From Fimicolochytrium jonesii (taxonomy: Eukaryota), in NCBI RefSeq assembly GCF_025526975.1, contig NW_026515668.1, forward strand, positions 1,488,001-1,552,000: a stretch of 64,000 bases of DNA. The letters are read 5' to 3'. The notes under the pieces are model-generated. The model had not been told where the DNA came from. It worked only from the letters and a program-made list of their open reading frames with translations, and ran no database searches. The position numbers were made by a program, and so were the translations under genes. How positions within the stretch are numbered: the first letter of the stretch is position 1; each line of letters starts with the position of its first letter. Below are positions 35,732 through 49,948 of this stretch, piece by piece.

Positions 35732-38700
35732 TTAACGCGGCTTCCTGCTCCGAGGCACCTTGATCTGCCGCCCGCGAGCCGCGACCGTCGTACTAGGGCC
35801 GATATTGAACAGACTTCCGCCTTCAGGGGCCCCAATGGGGTTTGCCGGTGCAGATGGTGCAGCACCGAAAGTGAATGCACCCGTGGACGGACTAGCAGGC
35901 TGCTGGCCAAACTGGAACGGTGTATTACCAAACGTCGGTGTTCCCGGTTGCGGCGTCCCGGCTCCGCCGGCTCCGTTGAAGGTGAAACTGAATCCGCCGG
36001 TACCAGGTGCAGCTGTAGGCGTACTAGGGGCCGGCTGGCCTCCGAAATTGAATGCACCGGCAGCCGCACCAAAGGACGGCGCTGCGGAAGTTGCACCGAA
36101 TTGGGGTGGCACTGCAGCGGCCGACCCTGCGGGTTTTGCTCCAAAGGTGAACCCACCACCGCTTGGGGCTGGCGCGGCAGCTCCGAAATTGAATGCAGTT
36201 GGTGCTGGAGCGGCCGGTGCAGGGTTAGAGGCGGGCGCGCTGTTTCCGAAGTTAAACATGGACGGTGCCTGTGCGGAAGTCGAGGTGGGAGCGGCAGGTG
36301 CACTGGCTCCAAAGTTGAACGAAGGTGCAGCGGGTGTCGAAGTCGCAGGAGCGCCTGCCCCAAAGTTAAGCGAAGCAGGTGCAGAGGCCCCCATTGAAGC
36401 AGGTGCTGCAGCGCCAAAATTGAAACCTTGCGTGGAGGCGGCACCCGGAGCAGAGGTAGGAGCTCCGAACGCCGGAGCGGCAGGCTTGGCTCCGAATGTG
36501 AACGCCGGAGCAGCGCTCGGAGTAGATGTTCCGATATTCGATGCCCCAAACCCAGGGAAACTCTGACTGGACGCGGGTTGGGATGAAGTAGACGCTCCGC
36601 TGGACGCCGGGGTTCCGAATGTAAACGTAGACGGTGTTGAAGTTCCAGGGGCGGCGGCCGGTGCACCGAATGTGAAAGATTGTGCCGGAGTCGATGTGGA
36701 CGTGGAAGTAGTTGCGTTTGAGGCCGGAGCTCCAAACTGGAACGCAGGAGCGGATGAAGTGGCAGGTACCGTGTCCGTCTTGAAACCTGACGCCGGAGGT
36801 GTGCCAAAGATCATCGAGCTGGACCCACCGGATGGGACACCAAACTTGGCATCATTTGAGTTCGCATTTGTTGCAGGAGCACCGAATTTGGGTGGTTCTA
36901 ACGCAGCAGTCTGACCATTGGGCGCCGTTGGCCCCGCGCCAAATGTGAGTGGAGCGGAGCCGGTGGAAGCCGAACTGCCGAAAGTAAACGTCGTTGGAGC
37001 GCCTGTACCGGTTGCAGCAGGCTTGGACGCTTCCGTTGCGGTGTTGGATGGCACGCTGGTGCCGAAGCTTGGGAAAGCCGGCTTTGCGGTCGTATCGGCA
37101 GCACTTCCAGGAGTCGACGCGCTGCTCGCTGCCAGGGCTCCAAATGTGAATGTTGGAGGAGCGGATGTAGGCGCCGCATCGGCCTTGGGCGCGGTGAATC
37201 CAGCACTTGAGGGAGCTGGGGTAACCACTGACGAGTTGAAGTTGAACGGTGCTGCAGTACTGGTACCCGCCGTAGTAGTTGAAGTAGATGTTGGCGTTGA
37301 CCCAAACGCAAACGTTGGCTTTGCAGAGGCATTGACTGAGGTGATGCCTCCCGCAGGCGCGGCGGAGACCACACTCGGCGCGGACGTTGCTCCAAACAAT
37401 GACGCTCCTTGCGCTCCCGCTCCGAAGAGTGCAGTGGGAGGTTTTGTGGATGTCGACTCAAGGGTAGATTCCGCCACTCCGAATAACGGCACTTTCGTTT
37501 CGGAACCTGTGGATGCACCAGCAGGCGTTGATTGGGCGGCGGAATGGAAAACAAACGAAGGCGTTGACGAAGGCTGCGCATCCGCCGATTTTTCGCTCTG
37601 TGGAGACTACAGGAAAGGTAAAAGACGCAAGTCAGAATAATATACTGTGAACAAATGAAGCAATCCGCAACACCCACCTGCTGCGCTGGCGGTTTGAATG
37701 CAAACCCGGAGGAGGCTGCGTTTGTTTGCGGCGGCTGTTCTGCGCGTTTTTGTTCCTCCGCCTGCTTTCTTGCCTGCTCATCCAGCTGGGCTTTTTGCTG
37801 CCGTGCTAGCTCTGCCTCCTCTCTCCGCTCATCGTCAATCTTCCGTTGCTCGGCCGCCCTTCTTTGTTCTTCCGCCATTCGCAGTCCATTCACTCGGTTG
37901 TTTTCCTCTACCACTTTCCGCTCCTCCGCTTCTCGTTGATCACGATACAGCTTTTCCGTATTCTCCAGCAGATTTTTCGCCATTTGATCCGTTTTATCGT
38001 GGTCAACAGGTGGCATTCGAGAAATCAGCCATCTGAGATCTTTGTTGGCGTTCGGGCGGCTAGATTTCAGTTTGATGCGCGACCGAGGAGTGACTTGACG
38101 CTGAGGTGCAGAGGATCTTCGCAATGGGGTGCGAGTCACTACGCTCTCTTCATACTCGATCTGTCGACGTTTGACTGCCACAGGCTGCGAGCTTGGGTCG
38201 AATCTTTCGTACTCATCGTCATCGTCCCTCCCTCTTTTGTTTCCAGCTAAGACGCTCTCATCTACTGTCAACTGGCTGACAGGCATTCGCTTCGGCGTAC
38301 CGGGTGCCAGCGTTGGAAGACGGTTCAATCGCCGACTGGCAGATGTGATCCAACCGTCCTCAGGTCTGAGCTGCTCCATGTACCGCAGTTGGCGTTCGGT
38401 GGGGGTGTTCGGATTGTAGGGCGTCACATTTCGGGTAGGAGTGTGTTGAGCAGGGGTGAACAGTCGCACTGGAGTGTTCGGTTGACGGAAGTCGGGTTGT
38501 GGTCGGATGTTCGGTTGCTGTGTGGGGGACCGGTTATACCGCGGAGAAGGGGCTTTAAACTGTCGCTCCTCTACAGGGGTCGGTGGTACCTAGAAGATGC
38601 AAGCAAAGAAAACGTAAGCTGTTGAACGGCCGGAAGAAAGAGGCAGACGAAGAGAGACGAAGGGGGGCGGTTGAAGTAACCTGCAAAAGGATCTCCAGGA

Positions 38701-38830
38701 GACAACTTACATCCATAGCAGCCAGTCCTCCATCGTCAGTCTTCTGCGGCGTATGTTGCTCGTTAGTTTCTGAAAATGTCGGGGCGCCCGGCACCCAGCG
38801 TTTGATTAGTCTCTTCACGGAGGAAAACAT
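35732..38830 (-). CDS. FG-repeat nuclear-basket nucleoporin (Nup1/Nup153-like), multi-exon
   Basis: Many FxFG repeats (FTFG, FNFG), a basic C-terminus RQIKVPRSRKPR, and N-terminal exons ending at ATG 38830. Confidence 0.85.
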
Positions 38831-39236
38831 TTTCGGTGGTGCCGACGACCGTAAGTTGCAATTGCTATCTGCAAGCGCGAGCTTTTTCGTCTGCCTATGT
38901 TGGGTCGATCACTCGCCGTAGCGTCGGGTTTTGCTGGCAAAGTTTGACCTGGTGCCTTCCCAGACGGCGGCGCTGACCTGAGAGCGTCTATTGCAGCAGC
39001 GAGAGCGGCGGGGGTTTGTTGTAAGCGGCGATCTCCGAGCAGATCAAGGATGTTGGAAGTCGGTCGGAAGGTAACGCTTGCCTCTTTTCCATGACGCGCC
39101 CTGCATAGCTGCTTGTTACTCTTCGGACTTTTTCTCCCGTCGCTCATTTACGGACGGACAGACACACGGCGGACGATGACTCCACTGCTTGACACTCCCA
39201 TTCCGTCCCCATAGCCCCCCTCCACTTCGACGAAGG

Positions 39237-40611
39237 ATGTTCTGGGACCTCAACGTCCCATATGAGCCGCAGGCGGTTGTCAACACAGAGCTAAAGAAGA
39301 CTATCGCCATACTGCACGAATGTAGGTAGGTGGGGGTGTTCTGTTCGTAGGGAGTTTTCTTCGAAGGACCCTCGTACTGCGGTAGACGTTTGGCCGTGGT
39401 GTGCAATAGTGCATTTCCATGTTTCCTCATGCACTCCATCTGACGGGTTTCACTCGTTTAGTTGGGTATGGGGCAGTCGCATACAACGTGACCTACTCCG
39501 GGAAAGAGGCAACTTCAAAGGTATGCTTCGGGGAATGATGAACGCCTACGATACAGGACGTAGCTTATGGACGTTGACCACTATTCTGCACTCCCCTCAG
39601 CCAAATCCCATAAAACCTCTGAAACTAAGCGAGATTGGCATCAAATCCGCCCAAACGACGACCGGTCGCTCGTCCCTGCATCCTATTATATCCGCAAATG
39701 TGGCAGCGGACGGAGGGATTTCAGCAACTGTCTCGACTGACGGTCATTGCTGATGACACGAGCGCGAATTACCAATTGGTAGGCACATCTGAGGGTTCAG
39801 ATAGAGTAGCGGACCAGAATCTAATCATGTCCATCACAGACATCAGCAAACTCCAACCCAGTGTCATATGATTTGATCGCAGTGCAACCAACAAATGAAA
39901 AGCTCTTCCAGTCAGCCTGCAGCCTGTTCGATGTCGATATTGTATCCCTGGACATGTCCAACCGCCTGCCATTTTTCATCAAAGGACCGACGGTCAATGG
40001 GGCATTACAGCACGGGGTTTTTTTCGAAATCGCTTATGGGGCTGCTATTCGAGGTCAGGTAAGGATGATGGATCTCTCGCACAATGTGGTTTGCTGTGGC
40101 GTATCTTCCTGAACCCGGCCTTTGCCTCTTCTGCAGATGCAACAGCACGAAGGCATCTCATCAGCCATGCGGCGGCGCTGGTCCAGGCGACGAAAGGCAA
40201 GAATATCCTGATCACAAGTGAGGCCCAAAAGGCAATGGAGATACGAGGACCTTACGATGTGATAAATCTGTGAGTGCTGCCAGATTGGACACTTTTGATG
40301 AGGGAACTATCAGTGACAATGTTCATCCAGTGCGACCATTTTTGGAATGACTCGCGAACAAGCGAAAAACGCCTTGGACGCAAACTGTCGGGCTGTTGTG
40401 TTACATGCTGGTAAGAAGCACCTTCCCTTTGATACTGAGGACCCTCTTCCGGAAAGAGGGATCAACAACTGATCTACTCTCCTCATATCAAACAGCCACT
40501 CGACGTCAAACTCACCGCGGCGTACTCAGCATGGAGTCTGCCGCATCATTGAGTGCGGCGAGCGCATGGAAGCTTGGGCAGGGTGAAGAGACCGAAGCTA
40601 TGCAGGAGTAG
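39237..40611 (+). CDS. RPP1: RNase P/MRP subunit p30, multi-exon
   Basis: MFWDLNVP, QLSRLTVI, YDLIAVQPTNEKLF, DIVSLD, FEIAY and IRGPYDVINL. Confidence 0.9.
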
Positions 40612-41674
40612 ATGTTAAAACAATAGGGCGTAGAGCTTGATAGCTATACAGTAGTTGGTGATGGATCGAGGTTAACGGTTGCATTAGATCTTATGTGTAT
40701 TTATGAAGAATATGGATGGAAGAGGGTCGGCATAACGGGAATGCTAGTTGTGATGGTGCTCGGACAAATCAAGGAGCATGGAAGGGGGAAAGTTCCTGAT
40801 GCCTGCACGATGCTGCCCAGTTTCCGGCGGTCTAGACGGTATGGCGCTCACTCTCTCCCGTTTCAGACTCTTTCAGCAACAGCCACTCAACCTGTACAGT
40901 ACGTCCTTAACTCAGCGGACATGCTAGGAATCGTTTGGCTGTTCCTTCTGTGTCAGATGCGAGAAGTCTCGAATCCCTCCGACCGACATCGACATGGAAG
41001 CGTAGGCATGCGATATCACGATGGAGAGGTCTTGCGGTGATTCCGACGATGGCTGCCTTCATGTTTATGACATGGACACAGTCCCATACTGCCCATCCTT
41101 TTCCTGTCCTCTGTTCATGCGCCGCAAGACCTAGGGAGGTACGTTTTTCCTCTCTGAATTTAAGGACGGACCATCTCTTGCTTTCCAGGCTCTTTCCATC
41201 GCAGATCACGGCATGTTTTGGACTGGCAAGTATGTCTGCTTCGTACAATCGCTGATGGACACCCGTCTCTTTTCCTTCCCGCAGGCCTCAAGAATGGTAG
41301 GGATGCAATCCGAACAGAGGAACGTTCTCTCTCAAAAGCATGCGCAAGTTGGATCTTTCCTTTTCCTTTGCAGATCCGCGCCGAACATGGACGGGACGAC
41401 AGGTACGTGCATTTGTGGCTTCAATCTCATATTCGCGTCACATTCAAAAGTATTGGAGAGGGGTATAAACGGTTGGCCAGTCGCGGTCAGGGCATCAGCG
41501 CGTCTGTCTACTCGGTAAGGGGAAGAAAAACGAGAAAAGTATGAGAGAACCATGTGAGTGCTTCAGGCTATGTGAGTGTCTACGCCGCACAATATGCTTC
41601 TACGCGCGCAGTGTGATCTATGCTAGAGGAGTGCAGATAAACTCAATTATGAGGAACGTCCTGCCGCACTCAGC

Positions 41675-43276
41675 TCAGTACTCCTTCTTGAGGATCTTAG
41701 CGATAGTCTGCAGCTGCATGTTGGACGTCCCCTCATAGATCGCGCCAATCTTCGCGTCCCTGTAGAACTTCTCAATTCCAAAGTCGCGGGTGAAGCCGAC
41801 GCCGCCAACCCATTCGATGGCTTTGCTGGCGGACTTTTCGGCGACTTGACACGCGTAGAGCTTGGCCATCGCGGCTTGCTTGACAAAATCGCGCCCTTCT
41901 TCCTTGAGACGCGCGGCGTTGTAAGTTAGCAGGCGCGCGGCTTCGAGCTCGGTGGCGACTTGGGCGAGTTGATGTTCGATGCCCTATGGTGAGTCAAAGA
42001 GAGGATGAATGAAACACTCCAGCGGACATTCTGCCGTCTGTCTGGGTCTGACGTTGCAAAGGAGGAGTTGCATACCTGGAAATCGATGATGGAGGTCCCA
42101 AACTGCTTCCTCTGCTGCATGTAGGGAACCGCGATGTCCAGGGATCCTTGGGCAATGCCAATCATCTGGGCAGCAATGCCGATGCGGCCCTCGTTGAGGA
42201 TCTCAATGGCGTACTTGTACCCTTTGCCAATCTCGCCGATAATGTTCTCCTCAGGCACCTCGATGTCATCAAAGGATAGCTCACAAGTGGACGAGCTCCT
42301 GATACCCAGCTTTTTTTCCTTCTTGTTGATCTTCACACCCATCTCCTTCTCCACGGCAAAACAGGTGATGCCTTTATAGCCTTTGCTGGGGTCCACGTTG
42401 GCGAACACGAGGAAGATACCAGCCTCGGCGGAGTTAGTAATCCACATCTTTCCGCCGTTGAGGATGTACTTGTTGCCCTTTTTGGTCGCGGTGGTGCTAA
42501 GGGCAAACGCATCGGATCCGGCGCCGGCTTCCGTGAGACAGAAAGAGCCGACGGTGTCGGTTGCCAAACGGGCGAGGTATTTTTCCTTGAGGGCGTCTGA
42601 AGCGTGCTGACGGAATACGGTGTTGACAAGGGTGTTGTGGATGTCGCAGGCGGCCGACACGGATGCGTCGACGCGGGCGAGCTCTTCGACGGCGAGGATG
42701 GCGGCTGTGAAGGACATTCCGGAGCCGCCCAGGTCGTCCGGAGTTTCGATGCCCATCAACTACGTTACCAAATCGCAAATAAGCAAACTTGGAAAGCACG
42801 GCCATACATGTATCGCACGCCGGCACTCACCCCTTGCTCGAACATGCTGTCGAACAAAGCCTTCGGCATGGCTTCCTTCTCGTCCATCTCATACACCAAC
42901 GGCTTGACGGTCTCAAGAGCAAACTTGCGCACTGCGGAAACATGCAAAGGCGTCGATCAGAGAAAAGGTCGCTCGAGTGACAGCACCAACGGGCCCAGCT
43001 TCATCCCCAGCTTACCAGTCTCACGCAGCATCGTCTCCTCCTCCGTAAAGTTATACAAGGAGTTGGTAGGGCTAGCCTCATTTCGGGTAATCGGCTGGGC
43101 AAGAGCGGCAGCAGAGAACCGTCTAAATCGAGGTTTGTAGTGTAAGTTATCTCGAGAAACGTGAGTGCGGACGGAACGCAGAAAGCTGAAACGACGTACC
43201 TGACGGGAGCAAGCCGGAGGCAGACAGCCGGGCGAGCGACGCCTGCAAGATTGGACCTGAAAAGACCTGCGATCAT
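41675..43276 (-). CDS. Mitochondrial short/branched-chain acyl-CoA dehydrogenase, multi-exon
   Basis: [40 protein letters not shown] and [17 protein letters not shown]-terminal presequence. Confidence 0.92.
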
Positions 43277-44390
43277 CTTGGCGATGCGTTTCGGCGTCTT
43301 GGTGAGCACTGTGGCAGCCTCCGTTGCTGGACGTGGAGGGACCTAGGAGTGAAAGTTCCTCCCATATTCTCAGGCCGGTCTTGTATTTAGAGCTTTGCTC
43401 TTCCGACGCTGGTGTGCACTACTGGGGAGCGCTCTCTCTTTTCAAGTATTTTGGGGGAGAGGACACGCGGTTTGTGAGACCCAAACGTCCGCCTGCGAGG
43501 CCTCGAGACCAGCGACGCGGCGGGAGTCGGTCCAAATGCGACAGCTTCTCCTGCCTCATCCATCCTTCCGGATCCCGGATGTATACATATGTCCGTTGTT
43601 CATTTGCCGCCAGTCCGGCCGACGCTCGGCGGTTCTTGTTTTTTTCGTCTGCATTTGACGGTACAGGATCCATCGGACGCGCGGGAGGCGGCCGGGAGGG
43701 AGTAGAGTCCTCAGTCGACCGACCGATCGGAATTGGGGGTTGTTGAAGCTCTCTCGGAAGGGAAGCCGGCTGCCGGTGGATGGGGAGAAGGTCAAACCTT
43801 CTCACTTGCACAACAGTCGCGGACTGAGGTCCAACAGATCGTGGGGTAAATTCACATGAGGTGTGACTTTGTCCGAATGCTCGCACACAACGCGTCGGAG
43901 GGCGGCCTCGCGTCGCGTGAAGTTTCCCAACGGGTGAGAGTGGGCGTTTTTCTTTGGTCGACCAAGTGAGAGAGGCAGCTGCAACGGGCGGCTATTTCAT
44001 TCGGTCGGTTGACATGAAGGTGTCGCACCAATTCGATTTGCGTTACCCGATGCGCCGACAAGAGACTTTTAGTCTGGTCTTCAGTTTCATGCACACCACC
44101 AGCAACGACGGCATCCCTCGTTCACCTCAACTCCTCCGATGTCGATAGATACACTGTTGCGATGCAGCGCTCAAACACGTCGAGATATCGAATCCTGCAC
44201 GCCAGGTCGTGGTGCATCCCTGAATTTGAAAACAAATATCTAGGGGAATATTTGGTGCGGTATTGGAAGATGCAGATGCGGGATGTCCTCAGGCATCGGT
44301 AGCAAGTCGTCCCTCTCCGGACCTGGTTCGTTGGCGAAATGGAACATGGCAGCCAGACATGCTTTCATGGTCAAGCTGCACTGTTTTTGC

Positions 44391-44656
44391 TATAGATCAG
44401 GACAGCATACCCGACCCAACTTGACCGTCGTAGCTTGAAGGGCATTACCGCGTCGCCGGGGTTATAACTGCTGCGGAATGACAGCTTTGCAGAGCTGTCT
44501 GGGTTGTCTCTGGCTGGGTTAGCAACGGCGGCGAAGTGTTTCAAGCTCTGTTTGTCAACAGCGACGCGTCTAAAGCCTATATATATACAAGAGGACAAAC
44601 AAGAGGACGCCAACTACCACTGTTAAGTCGGGTCGGGTATGCTGTCCTGATCTATA
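44391..44656. mobile_element. MITE-like element with 35-bp inverted repeats bounded by TA(TA)
   Basis: TATAGATCAGGACAGCATACCCGACCCAACTTGAC versus reverse complement of 44622-44656, TATAGATCAGGACAGCATACCCGACCCGACTTAAC (2 mismatches). Confidence 0.8.
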
Positions 44657-45826
44657 CCATGCCCCACTTGTATTTTGATAACGGGTCTGCCATGGTGGTG
44701 CAGGACTATTGCAAAGAACACCCTGCACTTTGCAGATGCACATATGCACGCATATCGCTCTTGCCGCCAAGACTTTCCGGGGCTCTCATCAAATATCGAC
44801 GACGGTGAATCCGTCGACTCTCGAGTCTCGACCCCCGTTTGGGATAGATCATTGACATCCAATTTGTGCATCAATCTGCACCGAACTCCTAGAGAAACAA
44901 AGCCATTCCGGCCCATTCGTCCATCACGGGGCCTCCACTTTGTGACAGGTGGGTGACTTGGAAAATAAGCGTCGCGTGATGCCTGTTGTGGTCGCTCGCC
45001 GCGTACAAAGGGGTTCATATCGATTTGAACGAGACGTCACTTTCGTGGCTTTTCCGGGTGATGTCGTTTTGGCTGCATGCCCAGACTCCCGAGAATCGTC
45101 TCGCGTAAGTCGAGACAGAGCCCATTTCGGCGTAGCGCCGTTAGCATCGGGTCTACGGACCCTTGACGAGACGACGACTCGAAGCTTGTTCGCCGGCGTT
45201 AGTGGAATCCTCTGCTACAAATCGATGGACCACAAGTTCCACAACTCGGTCTATTTGGGCAAATGCAATCTGCGGCTTGACAATTGGGAAGTCAATTTGG
45301 GGCGTTACACCAATCTGACGCGTCATGAACGCGCGCGGCGAGAACTGAGATTTGGGAAATGGCACACCACCCTCTCACATTTCACCACCTTCCTCCGACC
45401 ACACAAACGTCCTGAACGCTGGTGTGGGTGGTCGGAGATCATTGCGGCTTGCTGAGTTGGAAGGGCTTGGTGGCTCACTCTCACAACCGTTGTCGACAGG
45501 ATGAATGGGAGTTTGTGGGGAGATGATCGGATATCCCGCCCCATGGAAAGGAACGTCGTTCGACGGGAATGTATAAATACGCTGGCGAGCAGCCAGCGCC
45601 GAGGCCTCCGGCTTGAATACTGCAAGCATTGTGTTGGCGCCTATCATCCATACCCTTTTTTTCTAGCTCGAACCAAGCAGTGAAGAGCGAAAAGCAGGAC
45701 CTCATAGATAGATTTGCACACACTCGCGCAGACACTCACATCAAGTGTTGAGAAGAAACAGACAACATTGACAGGACGCAACCAGGCAGTATTACTTCTC
45801 GGATAACATCCCGTACCTCATAGCAA

Positions 45827-47747
45827 ATGATGGACGTCCCTCTCTTCCTCTTCGGCCTGACATCCGGCGTTGCCATCGTCTCCACCGTCCAATACCTCGT
45901 CCACACCGCCAAAAAGCTGCGAACCCGCAACGCCGTCGCACCCCACAAGATCGAAGAATCCAGCGATGCCCTCGTCTCCTCCCCGACCACCACCTCATCG
46001 CCCACCCCCGTGACACCGCCGGGCTCCGACTTTGACATGGGCACCTTCACCGCGCGCGCTATGTACGGCGAGCCCGCCTCCCGCAAACCATCCTACAGCG
46101 TCCCCTCCTTCGTCGCCGGCGACGGCACGCTGCCCCGTCTCGAGCGCGAACTCACCGTCTCCTCGCAGAAACTCCACCGGATGGTCCGCCACCTCGTCAA
46201 CGAGATGCGTAAAGGTCTCGAAGCGGATGGCCACACGCTCAAGATGATCCCCTCCTACGTCGTCGCCCGACCCAAGGGCAACGAGGTCGGCTCATACTTG
46301 GCCTTGGACTTTGGCGGGTCGAACTTCCGCGTGTGCATGGTAGAGTTGAGGGGTAATGGGCAGACGAGGGTGAGGCAGAGCAAACATGTTATTCCGGATC
46401 ATTTGAAGAAAGGGACGGGTGGGGCGTTGTTTGATTTCTTCGCGGAGTGTATTGGAAAATTTTTGGAGGATATTGGGGAGGATCCCAAGGCGCCGAGAAG
46501 CATTGGTGAGTACTCCACAGCGGGAGCGGGATCAACATGCCCTATCATCCTCCTATTCGCAGATGCTCACGGACGTACGCTCACCACGTCCCAGGCTTTA
46601 CATTCAGCTTCCCCGTCCAACAAGAAGCCATCAACCACGGCGCCCTCATGCACTGGAACAAGGGTTTCGAAGCCACCGGCGTCGTCAACCAGGACGTCGT
46701 GGCCCTCCTCAACACGTCCCTCCAAAAAGCCGACTACAACCTCACCGTCACCGCCCTCGTCAACGACACCGTCGGCACCCTCGTCGCGCACGCCTACCAG
46801 GACCCGCAGACCTACATCGGCGTCATCCTCGGCACGGGCACCAACGCGGCCTACGTCGAGCGGATCGCGGATATCCCCAAATGGAACCGATCGGGGCACG
46901 GCGCGGTTGAAGCGGGGGGTGAGATGGTGATCAACACCGAGTGGGGCGCGTACGACGAAGCCTCGGTGCTCCCCCTGACATCGTGGGACCACCAACTGGA
47001 CCGCGGGTCCGAGAACCCGCGCAAGCAGACGTTCGAAAAGATGATCTCGGGGATGTATCTCGGCGAAATCGTGCGGTATATCCTCATCGACCTCATCTCC
47101 ACCGGCGAGCTCTTCAAAGGCGTATCCTCCAAGCCCCTGCAGACGCCCTACCTCTTTGAAACGGCGTACATGTCGCGGATCGAGCGGGACCACTCGCTCG
47201 AGCTGTCGGATACGAAGACGGTGTTGGAGGACCTGATGCAGGTGCCGGTGACGACTGCGCAGGACCGCAGGACGGTGAAGCATGTGTGTGAGTTGGTGGG
47301 GATTCGGGCGGCTAGGTTGAGTGCGGCGGGTGTGGCGGCGATTATTACAAAGATGAAGCGGTTTGATGCGTGTACGGTTGCGATTGATGGGAGTGTATTT
47401 GGTGAGTTCGTTTGGCTGTGATGCCGTGTGTGATCATTTCAATGTCGGAAGCGGCGGTTGTTGCATGTTTGAGCTTTGAGACGCATCAACTAACATGCCA
47501 TCAACCCTCACCTCTTTCCATCAGAGCACTACCCGCACTTCGCCAACCGCATGCGCGACGCCCTGCGCGAGCTGCTCGGCATCATGGCCGAGAACATCGT
47601 CTTGGAACAAGTTCGTTGCACATCACGCCTACGTCACACCGTCGGATGACACCAAACTGACTTCCTCTTCTCCAATACTTGTTCTCGCAGGCAAAGGAAG
47701 GCAGCGGAATCGGCGCCTCGTTGATTGCCGCTCTCCACGCGCACTGA
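45827..47747 (+). CDS. Hexokinase with an N-terminal hydrophobic anchor, multi-exon
   Basis: LALDFGGSNFRV, GFTFSFP, WNKGF, VNDTVGT, ILGTGTNAAY, INTEWG, FEKMISGMYLGE, IDGSVF and EGSGIGA. Confidence 0.93.
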
Positions 47748-48104
47748 GTTCTCAGCTTTTGCGCCATATGACTTTCGATACCCATCCCTCTGTGCATATT
47801 TCGTCGCAAGTTCCCCCCAGTTGGTTCAGATAGAAGTGTTACTTTCGGCGTAGACTCGCCGGCGTTCTTCTTCCAGTAGAACTCTCTTTTCTCCTCGTTG
47901 AGCAAACTTTCGGTGCCAGCTTATATGCGCCGGTTTTTCCTTCTTTCTGTCACCATCATGTTGCTTGCCGTTGGAATATGAAAAGTGTATGTCAGATCCG
48001 TTGGTGTATATATATATATAGTTGTGCCCATGGTCTAGAGTACGGGTGAAACAGGGACCATTTTTACGCTACCGCAGACGCCCAATTCATTTCCGCCTTC
48101 CCCC

Positions 48105-49948
48105 CTAACGGCTGATGGAATGAATCTTTTCCACAAACCCAGAGCCGTAGTGCTTGATGCCGCTCCAGAAGGTAGTATTTCCTTCCTGCGAGTCATCCTT
48201 CTCTTCCAACTTCCGGGATGGCCTACTCTCCTTCACTTTCGATGTTTCCGGCTCCCCAGAATCCACCACCTTCGCCCGCTTAACCTTATTGGCAGGATTG
48301 CCAACCTTGCCCTCATAGGCCAGCTGAGCTGCCGTCGGCCGCAGCTCGAACTGCCCCATCTCTTCCATCACCCAGACGCCGTTCGTCAGGCAGCTGTGCA
48401 CATCAATCTCGGAGATCCGAGTCTTGTGCTTGCGAGCGGTATCGAGATCAGCCGCCAGCTTCTCCCTTGATTTGAGGTGCTTGCGAGCGGTATCGGGATC
48501 AGCCGCCAACTTCTCTCTAGCTATGACGAGCTCCGCGTTGAGCTCTGCCTCGACGGCTTGGACGTTCTCCAGCGTCCGCTCGTACTCCTGAATCTCGCGG
48601 TTTCCGTAGGGCGCTTTTGCGGGGTTGAGGTCTATCCGGGCTTCACCCTTTTCGATTGTAATCCGGCAGCGCGGTATGTAGTGTTCGAACCATGATCGCT
48701 CCTCGTTTACGATACTTTGCTCCTCTCGTGTTCGGGTGGTCTCGTCTTTTGTAGCATCCCCTGTTGCGGGCGCTTTGGGGAACACCGTGTCAATAGCTGC
48801 ATTCAAGCGCGCCGAGAGAATGTCGATGGCGGGTTTCACGCTGGCTTCCCTGTCGGCCCGGACGCGCGCTTTGTGCGCCTCTTCTGCTTCGCGGGCCTTC
48901 GGGTAGCTCGCGAGACTCTTTTGCATCTTGGCCAACCTCTTGCTCAAGGCCTTCTCACGTTCATTCAGCTTCCACTTCTGACTGCCCGTTACGTCGTGCC
49001 TATCGGCAAATTGCACGATGTCTACTTTGTTTCCACTGACTGGGTCGTGGATCGGCACGATGGTTTTCTTGTACAACTGACTTTGTACTTGTTCTAGCTG
49101 GTCGAGAATGGAGGGGCGATGCTTTTGTGCCATGCCGTGCACAATGTCATTTGGGTTGTCGACTAGCTCGATGATGGCCAATGGGGCCCTGTCGGACGCG
49201 AGACCGCGGAAACCGTATCTGTGCAATCGTGTGTAGCCTCCCTTTCGTGCTGCATACCGCGCGGCCAGCGGACCGCGCAACTTTTGGAATGTAATTCGAT
49301 CGACCTAAAGGATGGGCGTTTGCCATAGATCAGATATGGGCCGTGCGAACACAGTGAAACCCGGGCGTAAGTCCAACTTACGAATAACAGATCCTGCGCC
49401 TTCTTCAGATCCTTGTCTGTTCCTCGCTTCACGTTCTCTATCATCTTTAGGAGAGAAAAGGTAAGTAAATCTTTTCAAGAAATCTCAAGTAGGAGAGGGC
49501 GGCAAACGCCATAGTTTCGCGCGAAACACAACATCTTCCCACGAGAGGGACAACATAGTCGGAATTCTAGCCAGAAGTACCTGTCCCTACTCCTCCTCCT
49601 CTGTCCGCTTCGCCCTCTGAGACGGCGCCTTCCACCATTCTTGCGCCCTTCCAAGGGCGATTCCCACTGATTTCCCACGAAGTTTTGCCCAACCCCATCC
49701 CTAAACCTCCAAATGCGTGTTTCGCTCACTGCCCTCGCATGCCACCCGCTATTGATTCTTGTCCCCGACAGACTATCGCCCATCCAACTCACCCTATCAG
49801 CAGCCCTCTGGATGAATTTGGCCTTTGCCAGTGTAGTTTCTATGCGTTCGTGGTAAACAAGTTGGGTGAGGAGATTTTTGAGGAGGGCCTGCCTATGAGT
49901 AGGGGTTCGACCCAACTTCTTGTTCCAGAAGCGTACACCGTGCTTCAT
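48105..49948 (-). CDS. Mitochondrial ribosomal protein L17 (bL17m) with a long C-terminal extension, multi-exon
   Basis: MKHG...KLGRTPTHRQALLKNL...HERIETTLAKAK, and RYAARKGGYTR...DRAPLAIIELVD. Confidence 0.9.
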
